DNA of 64,000 nucleotides from a virus: IMG/VR virus record IMGVR_UViG_3300047160_002519, positions 9,234 to 73,233 of that record; one strand, 5' to 3'. Shown piece by piece: positions 36,175 to 44,318 of this stretch (position 1 is its first letter; each line of letters starts with the position of its first letter). The notes under the pieces were generated by a model. It saw only the letters and a program-made list of their open reading frames with translations, ran no database searches and was not told where the DNA came from. The position numbers and the translations under genes were made by a program.

Positions 36175-39100
36175 ATGGCGAACGGTTGGGGTGGACACCG
36201 CAACGGCTCCGGGCGCAAGCGCACGCGCTCCAATGTGATTCCCTTCAAAGCCAAGCCGAAGCTGATCGAGGCCACGGCGATCGAGCGGCCCCGCCCGATG
36301 TTCTCCGACGAATCGGTGCGGCTGATCATTGAAGCGATGAGCGAGCAGCAAGGGCGGGCGCGCAACCGGCCCCGCACGCCCGATTGGAATCCGTACATCA
36401 TCCGCCAGCATCTCTTCGGTGCATCTGCGAATCACATCGCGAGGCACAAGCCACAGATGGCAATGGATGCGAACCCGGCGCTGGCGGACGCCAACGCGGT
36501 CGCGGTGCAGGCGTGGCAGACCGGCGGGCTCGCGGGCAATGACGCGGCCGAAGGGCTGCTGTTCCTGGGCTACCCGTTCCTTTCCGAGATGGCGCAACGT
36601 GCGGAGTTTCGGCTGTTCGGGGAGATCATGTCAGAGGAGATGACCCGCAAATTCATCGACTTCAAAGGGACTGACGACGAATCCACAAAGGATGAGAAAA
36701 AAGACAAGGACAAGGGTCGCGAGGATGATGATGAGCGCGATCAAGACGACATGGCCGGTGATGAGGCCCCGCAACCGCTGTTCGGGGAGGACCCCCTCAA
36801 GCAGGAGGGAGCCGACCCGCTTGGACAGAAGCGCGATGACCCCGAGACCGACAAGGATGAAAAAGAGGCCCGATCCGACGATCGCAATAAGGAGATCGAA
36901 CGCAAGATCGTCGAGCTTCGCGAGTTCGCTGACGACATCAAGCTGCGTCAGGTTTTCAAGATGCTGGCGCAACACGACAGCCAGTTCGGGATCGGTCATC
37001 TCTTCCTCGACTTGAAGGGCGCGAACCTCGACGATCCGCGCGACCCCGAGAACCGGATGGACATTGGTGACGGCCGCAATGACGTCTCGAAGTCCAAGCT
37101 ATCACGGAACTGCTTGAAGGGGCTGCGCACGATCGAGCCGGTGTGGTGCTATCCGACGCTCTACAACGCGACCAATCCGCTGCACCCGTCATGGTACGAT
37201 CCCCAGGTCTGGTACGTGATGGGAAGCGAGATTCACAAGTCGCGACTGATCCCGCTGATCGGCCGCCCGGTGCCCGACATCCTGAAGCCCGCCTATGCAT
37301 TCGGTGGATTGCCGATGACGCAGATGGCGCAGCCCTACGTCGATATCTGGCTGCGCACCCGGCAGAGCGTCGCGGAGATCATCCACGCCTTCTCGGTAAT
37401 GGTGCTGCAAACCAACATGGGCACCACGGTGCAGCCGGGCGGATCGAGCGGCGGCGCGGGCGACGTCGTGGCGCGGATGATGTTGATGAACGCGCTGCGC
37501 GACAACCAGGGCATGATGATCATCGACAAGAGCACCGAGGACTTCAAGAACATCTCGGCTCCGCTCGGCACGCTCGATCAACTGCAGGCGCAAAGCCAAG
37601 AGCACATGTACAGTGTGGCGCGTATCCCGGCGGTAAAATGGACCGGGATTCAACCCCAAGGTCTCAACGCCACGAGCGAAGGCGAAATGCGCGCCTTCAA
37701 CGATACCATCCACGGCTATCAAGAGCAGCTATTCAGGACGGCGCTCAACACCATCGTCGACATCATGATGATCTCGCTGTGGGGCAAGCGGGACCCAGAC
37801 ATCACGTTCGATTTCGCGGCGCTGCACGAGTTGACCGAAAAGGAGCAGGCCGAAGTCGAGAAGATGAAAGCCGAGACCGCGCAAATCCGCGTCGACTCGG
37901 GGATCGTCAGCCAGGAGGAGATCAGGGGCGTCTTGGTCGCGGACCCGGATTCGGATTTCCACGGGTTGGACCCGGAGGACACCCCAGACCTGCTGGGAGA
38001 GGAGGAACAAGGCCTCATCCCCCCAGGCGCAGGGAAGGCCGAACAGGGCATCCTGGGCGCGGGGGGTGCAGGTGGACCGCCCCAGCCCGGAAAGCCCCCA
38101 GGCGGGCCGCCCCAGGGCGGCAAGGGGCCTTTCAACGCGCCTGCCAAGCCCAAGCGGGCACCAGCATTCGGCAAGGACGAAGCCCTGGGCCTTGGAACCG
38201 CGTTCCAAGACGCCGAGGGCAAGGACAAGCTCGGCTACTTCGAAGGCCTGGGCAAATTGGAGGTGATCCCGGACAAGGACCAATGGCACGCGGAATACAT
38301 CAGCGACTCTGACACAATCGAGGTGCAGCGAAAGCTGACGTTCGACCCAGCACAAGAGATCGTCCGGACCTTGCTGCACGAGGCCGGTCACCGGGGCCAG
38401 ATGCGGGAGGACAAGGCGGCCTTCCGGAGGTTCAAGAAGGCCAAGCTCGATACCACAGAGCACTTCGTGGCGCTGGCGAACAACGTCCACCTCGCGGACT
38501 TCCGCTGCACCGGGCACATCGAGGACAAGTCGGGCGAGATTTTCTCGGAGAGCTATGCGCACTGGTGTCTCGACATGCCAATGCCGGAGAAGCTGCAGCG
38601 GTTCTGGGACCGCGAGGGCGGTGATCCGATGGCGATGGATGCCGAGTGGGATGAGAGCAAGCATCCGCGCGATAAGAGCGGCAAGTTCGGCTCCGGCGGC
38701 GGGGGTGGGGCAAAAAAAGCTGAAGGCGCGGGAGCCGCCAAGCCAAAAGCCTCCCACCACGGCGGGCCGAACGCGAGCCCGCAGAAGCCGTTCGCTCCGC
38801 TGCACCCGTCGAGCCTGACGAAGGTCTCGGGCAAGATGGGATCGAACGAGGGGGGCGTCTACAAGGACAAGGGCGGGCAGGAATACTACGTCAAGCAACC
38901 GAAGTCGGCGGCACACGTCACCAACGAGAACACCGCTGCGCGGCTCTACCAACTCACGGGCGCGCATACGCTCGAATACATGGATGCCGGGCCGAAACAC
39001 GTCGCGACGAAGCTGGAGAAGCTCGTCGCGAACAACGTCAGCCAAATGACGTCCGAGGAGAAAAAGACCGCGCAAAAGGACTTCATGACGCACGCATGGC

Positions 39101-40794
39101 TGGGCAATTGGGATGCGGCTGGGATGGGCGGCGACAATCAGGGTGTCCTCAACGGCAAAGTCACGACGCTCGATGTCGGCGGATCGCTGCTGTTCCGGGC
39201 ACAGGGCGAACCGAAGGGCGACAAGTGGGGACCGAAGGTTAGCGAGACGCTCACGCTGCTCGACTCTGGCATGAACCCGGACACGGCGGCGCTGTTCGGC
39301 GGCATGACGAAGGATGAGAAGATCGCCAGCGCCAAGCAAGTCACGGAAATTCCGAACAACGCGATCCGCGAGGTGGTCGCTGCGGGCGGGATGGATGAGG
39401 AGATGGCGAACACGCTGATCGCGCGCAAGAACGATATCGCGGCGCAAGTCGGCCTGACACCTGCGGGCGACACCAATCCTGAGTGGGAAGCGCTGCACCC
39501 GCGCGGTCCTGGCGGCAAGTTCGTGGCCAAGCCGGGCGGCGAGGAGCCTGCCGGATTGGGCGGCAACGAGCCGAGCCCGACCCCGCAGTTCAAAACTAAG
39601 AAGGAATTGGTCGGGCATCTGCTCTCGAACCCCGATGGCGTGACGATGGCCGAGGTGCTCAAGCAGACCGGCTGGCCGTCCGTCTCGATGAATGCCCAGG
39701 CGGCTGCGATGGGAATGAAACTCGAGAAAAAGAAGGTCGGCGGCGAGGTGAAGTACTTCGGCACGCCGATGACGGACGCCGAGAAGGCCGATCTCAAGAA
39801 CAAAGCAAAAGCGAAGCTGGCGAAATCAGCCGCGCCCATTGCGCCCGCGCCGCCACCGAAGCCTGCAGCAAGCGAGTTTCCGACCCCGAGCCCGGAGGAG
39901 GCGACAAAAGCCAAGAAGGGCACGCCACTCAAGATGGCCTACATCCCCGAGCCGAAGCCATTGGTCAAAGCCAATTTCGACATCGCTGAGAAGATCATCA
40001 AAGGCTTCAATGATAAGTGGGCGGGCAAAGAACTGACTGATCCGAAGGAGATCGCGCAGAAGGTTTTTCATTTCAAGCAGATCGCGGGCGCAATCAACGA
40101 TATCGGGGCGCAGGAGCAAAAGGATAAGCAGGCCAAGCAGGCGGTCGAGCAGAAAAAGGCCGCCGAGGAACTCAAGAAAACGCAGGCATCGCAGAAGGGC
40201 CAACTCGATGCCTACATGAAGGAACTGGGCATCACCGCGAGCGAGGCACAGGGCTTCCTCGCGCTCGCCAATATGCACGCGGGATCGAAGGGCGATCTGG
40301 TCAAGAAGTTTCAGAGCTACAAGGATCAGGCGGGAAACCTCGGGCTGCCGATCTCGGGATTCCAGTACGCACTCTTGCAGGACTACATCGACGGCGGCTA
40401 CGGCACGATCAACAAGGCGCTACGTGAGGGCGTGATCAGCCAGGAACAGCACGTCTACACCAAGATGATGAACAAGGCGCTCGATGCCTTCCCGAAGTTC
40501 GAAGGCATGCTGTCACGCGGCACGCATCTCTCCAACCAAGACATCGCGCGCTACAAGCCGGGCCATGTCATCACGCACCATTCGTTCACCTCGGCTGGCG
40601 AAGGCTTCAGTTTCGGCGGCAACGTCCACTACAAGATCAAGGCGATCGGCAAGCGCGGCGCGAACGTGCAGGCGGTCAACCCGCACGAGAAGGAAATCAT
40701 CTTCAAGGCCAACACGCAGTTCTTGGTCAAGAGCGTCGAGACCAAGGGCGGCAAGACCACCATCGAGCTAGAGGAGATGGAGGACTATGGCTAA
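36175..40794 (+). CDS. DUF1073-type portal fused to Zn-metallopeptidase, kinase-like, DUF3489 wHTH and ADP-ribosyltransferase domains
   Basis: Portal motifs FLGYPFLSEMAQRAE, IHKSRL, KPAYAFGG, GLNATSEGE; HEAGH + EIFSE; YYVK..NE..WLGNWD..LDVGG; INKALR, LSRG, SFTS, EKE. Confidence 0.9.
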   Translation: MANGWGGHRNGSGRKRTRSNVIPFKAKPKLIEATAIERPRPMFSDESVRLIIEAMSEQQGRARNRPRTPDWNPYIIRQHLFGASANHIARHKPQMAMDANPALADANAVAVQAWQTGGLAGNDAAEGLLFLGYPFLSEMAQRAEFRLFGEIMSEEMTRKFIDFKGTDDESTKDEKKDKDKGREDDDERDQDDMAGDEAPQPLFGEDPLKQEGADPLGQKRDDPETDKDEKEARSDDRNKEIERKIVELREFADDIKLRQVFKMLAQHDSQFGIGHLFLDLKGANLDDPRDPENRMDIGDGRNDVSKSKLSRNCLKGLRTIEPVWCYPTLYNATNPLHPSWYDPQVWYVMGSEIHKSRLIPLIGRPVPDILKPAYAFGGLPMTQMAQPYVDIWLRTRQSVAEIIHAFSVMVLQTNMGTTVQPGGSSGGAGDVVARMMLMNALRDNQGMMIIDKSTEDFKNISAPLGTLDQLQAQSQEHMYSVARIPAVKWTGIQPQGLNATSEGEMRAFNDTIHGYQEQLFRTALNTIVDIMMISLWGKRDPDITFDFAALHELTEKEQAEVEKMKAETAQIRVDSGIVSQEEIRGVLVADPDSDFHGLDPEDTPDLLGEEEQGLIPPGAGKAEQGILGAGGAGGPPQPGKPPGGPPQGGKGPFNAPAKPKRAPAFGKDEALGLGTAFQDAEGKDKLGYFEGLGKLEVIPDKDQWHAEYISDSDTIEVQRKLTFDPAQEIVRTLLHEAGHRGQMREDKAAFRRFKKAKLDTTEHFVALANNVHLADFRCTGHIEDKSGEIFSESYAHWCLDMPMPEKLQRFWDREGGDPMAMDAEWDESKHPRDKSGKFGSGGGGGAKKAEGAGAAKPKASHHGGPNASPQKPFAPLHPSSLTKVSGKMGSNEGGVYKDKGGQEYYVKQPKSAAHVTNENTAARLYQLTGAHTLEYMDAGPKHVATKLEKLVANNVSQMTSEEKKTAQKDFMTHAWLGNWDAAGMGGDNQGVLNGKVTTLDVGGSLLFRAQGEPKGDKWGPKVSETLTLLDSGMNPDTAALFGGMTKDEKIASAKQVTEIPNNAIREVVAAGGMDEEMANTLIARKNDIAAQVGLTPAGDTNPEWEALHPRGPGGKFVAKPGGEEPAGLGGNEPSPTPQFKTKKELVGHLLSNPDGVTMAEVLKQTGWPSVSMNAQAAAMGMKLEKKKVGGEVKYFGTPMTDAEKADLKNKAKAKLAKSAAPIAPAPPPKPAASEFPTPSPEEATKAKKGTPLKMAYIPEPKPLVKANFDIAEKIIKGFNDKWAGKELTDPKEIAQKVFHFKQIAGAINDIGAQEQKDKQAKQAVEQKKAAEELKKTQASQKGQLDAYMKELGITASEAQGFLALANMHAGSKGDLVKKFQSYKDQAGNLGLPISGFQYALLQDYIDGGYGTINKALREGVISQEQHVYTKMMNKALDAFPKFEGMLSRGTHLSNQDIARYKPGHVITHHSFTSAGEGFSFGGNVHYKIKAIGKRGANVQAVNPHEKEIIFKANTQFLVKSVETKGGKTTIELEEMEDYG

Positions 40795-41053
40795 ACGACC
40801 CCCGAACCGCAGCATGGAAACCGACGATGTGCCGCTCGGGATGTTCGGCGGCGAACTCGACAGCGTACCGCTTGCGGAGTTTGAAAATCGCCGCCGCGAG
40901 CGCAATGACTACGAAAAGCACTGGGACGAAGTGATGCGGCTGCTCGAACGCACCGGCGAGGACCAGCCAACTGAAGTCGACCTCGACGCGATGAGCCCCG
41001 AGGAGTTGGAAGATTTAATAGCAGGGCTGGACGAAAAGCCGGGCAAGGGATAA
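40787..41053 (+). CDS. Small acidic protein overlapping the ART-domain stop
   Basis: 88 aa, D/E-rich, GAGGA RBS, 8-nt overlap. Confidence 0.6.
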   Translation: MAKRPPNRSMETDDVPLGMFGGELDSVPLAEFENRRRERNDYEKHWDEVMRLLERTGEDQPTEVDLDAMSPEELEDLIAGLDEKPGKG

Positions 41054-41080
41054 AAGTCCCCGCCGCACGAGGCCAGGGGA

Positions 41081-41296
41081 ATGCACATGACAGCAGAACA
41101 GGCAGAGTGGCTGCGAGAGCACCGCGCCGAAGGCTATCGCGTGTGCGGGCAGCCACCCGCCGATGGGCATCACCGCTTCGTTAAGGTCGGGATGCTCTAT
41201 CCGGACGGCAGCTTCGAGCGCAAGCAGAGCGCACACTGGCGCTACACCAAGGCGATCGAGGGCATGTTTGAGTGCGGGGTTTTGACGGAAGTTTAA
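41081..41296 (+). CDS. Hypothetical protein (paralog of 43853 C-domain)
   Basis: TAEQAEWL..F..GML..DGSF. Confidence 0.55.
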   Translation: MHMTAEQAEWLREHRAEGYRVCGQPPADGHHRFVKVGMLYPDGSFERKQSAHWRYTKAIEGMFECGVLTEV

Positions 41297-41315
41297 ACAA
41301 AAGGGAGAGAGACAA

Positions 41316-41648
41316 ATGCGGAAGATGCTCGCACTCTATGCCACGTTGCTGGCAGGCACTCACATGGTCAGCGACTACATCAAGCCGTTCCAGATGGAAG
41401 GCGATTTTGATGAGCCGATCGTGGTCCCGATCCAATGGGGCGGCTACGGCTACGGGGGTCCTTACTACTACGGCCCCAATCCGTACTATCAACGCCGAGG
41501 CGATGGCTTTAGCTACAATCGACGAGGTTATGAGACTCCCTTCTCTGGCGAGATGGGAGAAGGAGGCATGCGACAGATGCAACGCTGGCGCTACCAAAAC
41601 CAATACTATGGTGGTCGCTATGGCTATGGCGGTGGATGGAACTGGTAG
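41316..41648 (+). CDS. Gly/Tyr-rich low-complexity protein, possibly secreted
   Basis: MRKMLALYATLLAG leader; GGYGYGGPYYYG repeats. Confidence 0.55.
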   Translation: MRKMLALYATLLAGTHMVSDYIKPFQMEGDFDEPIVVPIQWGGYGYGGPYYYGPNPYYQRRGDGFSYNRRGYETPFSGEMGEGGMRQMQRWRYQNQYYGGRYGYGGGWNW

Positions 41649-41668
41649 CGGTATCAACGAGGGAAGCA

Positions 41669-42016
41669 ATGCTGAATACGGTGATCCGGCTCGCCATCGG
41701 GCCGAAGGACAAGGCGATGTGGGGTTCACACGACATGTTGCACGATGTGATCTGGCGCATCCAGAAGCCGGTCCTGCGGGTGACGGAGCTACGCGCGGTC
41801 AATGACACTGCCGGTCCCGCATGGTGCTCGATCCTGCGCAACACCGAGACCCACATCTGCGAAATCCTGGCCGATCGCGGGGTGCGCTGGGCGTACCGGA
41901 AAAAGACCGGCAACGATCCGCTGCCCGAGATTGTGGGCGACATCAAAGCTTGGTCGGCGTTCACCGACCACGACATCGATGCCTACTGGGGACTGAAGGC
42001 ATGGCCAGCGGTGTAG
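41669..42016 (+). CDS. Hypothetical protein
   Basis: GAGGG RBS before ATG 41669. Confidence 0.5.
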   Translation: MLNTVIRLAIGPKDKAMWGSHDMLHDVIWRIQKPVLRVTELRAVNDTAGPAWCSILRNTETHICEILADRGVRWAYRKKTGNDPLPEIVGDIKAWSAFTDHDIDAYWGLKAWPAV

Positions 42017-42026
42017 GGGTTAGCCC

Positions 42027-42809
42027 ATGAAGCGGCCGAAAACCCTGCGCGCGATCCAGCCGAACGCGGGCATCGCGGCGGCATACGAGGGCAAGCTGCG
42101 GCGTGCGATCGAGGCGATGATCAAATCTTATTCATGGTGGGTGACGGCAGCCTACCGCGCGAATCCACCCGCCACCATGGCCATGGACTCGTTCCGCGAT
42201 CTGGAGAAGGCGCTGCGCCAGCTTGGCATCGCCTGGGAAAAGAAGTTCGACCGGATGGCAAAGGAGATGGGCGAATACTTCGCGATCGCGCTTGCCAAGC
42301 GGGACAAGCAACAAATCCATGCCATCATGAAAAAGGCCGGGTGGACGGTCCCCTACAAGAAAACCCGGGCGATGAACGAAGTGATGACCGCGATCACCGC
42401 CGAGAATGTCGCGCTAATCAAAACCATCCCGAAACAATTTCACGGCAAGATCGAGCCGATGGTGATGGCCTCGGTTGCGGCCGGGCGTGACATCGGCACG
42501 CTGCGCAAGCAACTCCAGAGCACTTTCAAGGTCACGCGGACGCGAGCCACGCTGATCGCGCGCGACCAGAACAACAAGGCGACAAACCAGCTTGCGCGCG
42601 TGCGCTACATGGGGATGGACCTCAAGCAAGCGGTATGGATGCACTCCCACGCGGGAAAAACGCCCCGCAAGAGCCACCTCGCAAACCACGGAAAAACCTT
42701 TAATCTTGATACCGGATGGTTTGATCCGGATGAGCGGAAATGGATATTGCCGGGGTTTTTGATAAATTGCCGCTGCACGATGCGGCCAGTGGTGGCGGCG
42801 TTTACATGA
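42027..42809 (+). CDS. MuF/SPP1 gp7-like head morphogenesis protein (no C-terminal toxin)
   Basis: ENVALIKTIP, RATLIARDQNNK, W.HS, PG.LINCRC. Confidence 0.92.
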   Translation: MKRPKTLRAIQPNAGIAAAYEGKLRRAIEAMIKSYSWWVTAAYRANPPATMAMDSFRDLEKALRQLGIAWEKKFDRMAKEMGEYFAIALAKRDKQQIHAIMKKAGWTVPYKKTRAMNEVMTAITAENVALIKTIPKQFHGKIEPMVMASVAAGRDIGTLRKQLQSTFKVTRTRATLIARDQNNKATNQLARVRYMGMDLKQAVWMHSHAGKTPRKSHLANHGKTFNLDTGWFDPDERKWILPGFLINCRCTMRPVVAAFT

Positions 42810-43060
42810 CGTGGACGCGCGAGCGCAAAGAGGCAATGAGGCAACGCTACCTCGGGCGCAAGATGTCGGATGAAGCGCGGCGCAACATGGCCGAAGCGCA
42901 CACCGGCAAGCGGCATTCCGAGGAGACCAAAGCCAAGATCGGCGCGGCGCGGCGCGAGGCCTACCGGCTCAAGGCGCTGGAGCAGATACGGCGGATGGAG
43001 CAGATCGCGGATGAACCGCCCGGCTGGCGCTCGCGCGAGATCAGGCAGCAACGATCATGA
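42806..43060 (+). CDS. NUMOD3-motif DNA-binding protein without nuclease domain
   Basis: GRKMSDEARRNMAEAHTGKRHSEETKAKIG. Confidence 0.7.
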   Translation: MTWTRERKEAMRQRYLGRKMSDEARRNMAEAHTGKRHSEETKAKIGAARREAYRLKALEQIRRMEQIADEPPGWRSREIRQQRS

Positions 43061-43226
43061 TCGTGACACATCCGCGCTATTGGTGGGGAATCCGCCACAT
43101 CCGCTATTTCCACCTGCTCTATCTTGTGAATCGGCACTACGACCAGTGGATGGAACTCGGCGTTCTGCCTGTTCACGCCGATCGCGACTACGAACACCTC
43201 GATGCGATCTGGCGGGGAGAGGCGTG

Positions 43227-43505
43227 ATGGATGAGTTCGCGGCCGTTTTCTATTTCATCATCGCCACGGTGGCCGACTCGCCATTGCAGCCAACGCAGAT
43301 CGGGCCGTTGACGCAGGTTGGCTGCGCCGAGCTACAGGCAAACATGCCGAAGTCGGTCCCGGGAATCTGCAAGCGAGTGGTGGGAATGAAGTCATGTAAC
43401 GATCCGGATAAGCCGTGGATGGGCTACGCATGTCCGGTATTTGAAGGGGAGACCAAGTCAACGAGTGGAGGCAACAATGCGAAGAAACAAAGCAAGGGGA
43501 AGTGA
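43227..43505 (+). CDS. Cys-containing hypothetical protein
   Basis: GGAGAGG RBS; four Cys. Confidence 0.45.
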   Translation: MDEFAAVFYFIIATVADSPLQPTQIGPLTQVGCAELQANMPKSVPGICKRVVGMKSCNDPDKPWMGYACPVFEGETKSTSGGNNAKKQSKGK

Positions 43506-43737
43506 AACTCCGAACGGAGGGCGTCAGATATCGGTGAAGTTCGAACCCGACGATTTCGAGGAGATCGCGGAGATCGCGGATATCAGTCAGGTGCCGTTTG
43601 GCGCGCTGATCCGGATCTGGGCATTGCAGGCGCGCGATTCGTGGAAGCGGGAAAATTGGCAGCACGGCAAGCTGACCAGCGAAGCATTCCATGCTAATAA
43701 AATCGAGCAGGTGCGTGGTAGGGCTGCGGGCTCATAA
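43477..43737 (+). CDS. Ribbon-helix-helix-like small protein
   Basis: QISVKFEPDDFEEIAEIA..VPFGALIR. Confidence 0.5.
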   Translation: MRRNKARGSETPNGGRQISVKFEPDDFEEIAEIADISQVPFGALIRIWALQARDSWKRENWQHGKLTSEAFHANKIEQVRGRAAGS

Positions 43738-43852
43738 CCCTCGGCCGGACGTTCAAATCGATCCACCTGCTGTTCATGGTAGGCAGAACCAATGGCGGCG
43801 GCCGTGCCGTTATCCTCCTGGCGGCACGGCCAGCCGGGATAAGGAGATCGTG

Positions 43853-44203
43853 ATGCCAGACGAACCGCAGGGAATGGTGGTGCTGCCCGAGACGCAACCC
43901 GCGCCCGCGCCCAACAAGCCGCCAATCGATCCGCCGCCAATCGACCCGCCGCCAATCGACCCGCCCGGACCTGTCGATCCGGTTGAGGAGATCACCTACG
44001 TCGGACCCCAGATACCACCACCGAACGATGCGCAATATGCGTGGCTGGCACAGAACCCGCAATTCATGCGCATCTCGCATGCGCTTAGCACTTTCACCGC
44101 GCGCGGCACGCTCGATACGGGCGGCAACTTCACGCCCGAGGGACCGGGCACGCCGGTGCTGGACAGCATGGATGGCAGTTTTGGAGTCGGAATCCCGAGG
44201 TAG
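43853..44203 (+). CDS. Hypothetical protein with PPIDP repeats
   Basis: AAGGAG RBS; 15-bp x3 tandem repeat at 43919-43963. Confidence 0.55.
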   Translation: MPDEPQGMVVLPETQPAPAPNKPPIDPPPIDPPPIDPPGPVDPVEEITYVGPQIPPPNDAQYAWLAQNPQFMRISHALSTFTARGTLDTGGNFTPEGPGTPVLDSMDGSFGVGIPR

Positions 44204-44251
44204 CCAACGGGTAACCCGGCCAGCCTCCCGTCCGTAAGCTACCCGGGGTGG

Positions 44252-44285
44252 GCCTCCCGTCGCCCCAACGGCGGGAGGCTTTTTT
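44252..44285 (+). terminator. Rho-independent terminator
   Basis: GCCTCCCGTCG..CGGCGGGAGGC + TTTTTT. Confidence 0.75.
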
Positions 44286-44318
44286 GCGACTCGCAAGGGC
44301 GCGTGATACAGAGCGCGC

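Noticed and set aside
36175-38000. Anti-CBASS Acb1 label often attached to DUF1073 proteins
   Set aside because: This region has portal motifs and position; no paired HxT 2H-phosphoesterase domain recognised
37729-39618. 629 aa minus-strand ORF, and other long antisense ORFs (45579-46598, 47380-48846, 11169-12209, 6118-7224, 54033-54953)
   Set aside because: Shadow frames of high-GC genes with clear motifs on the opposite strand
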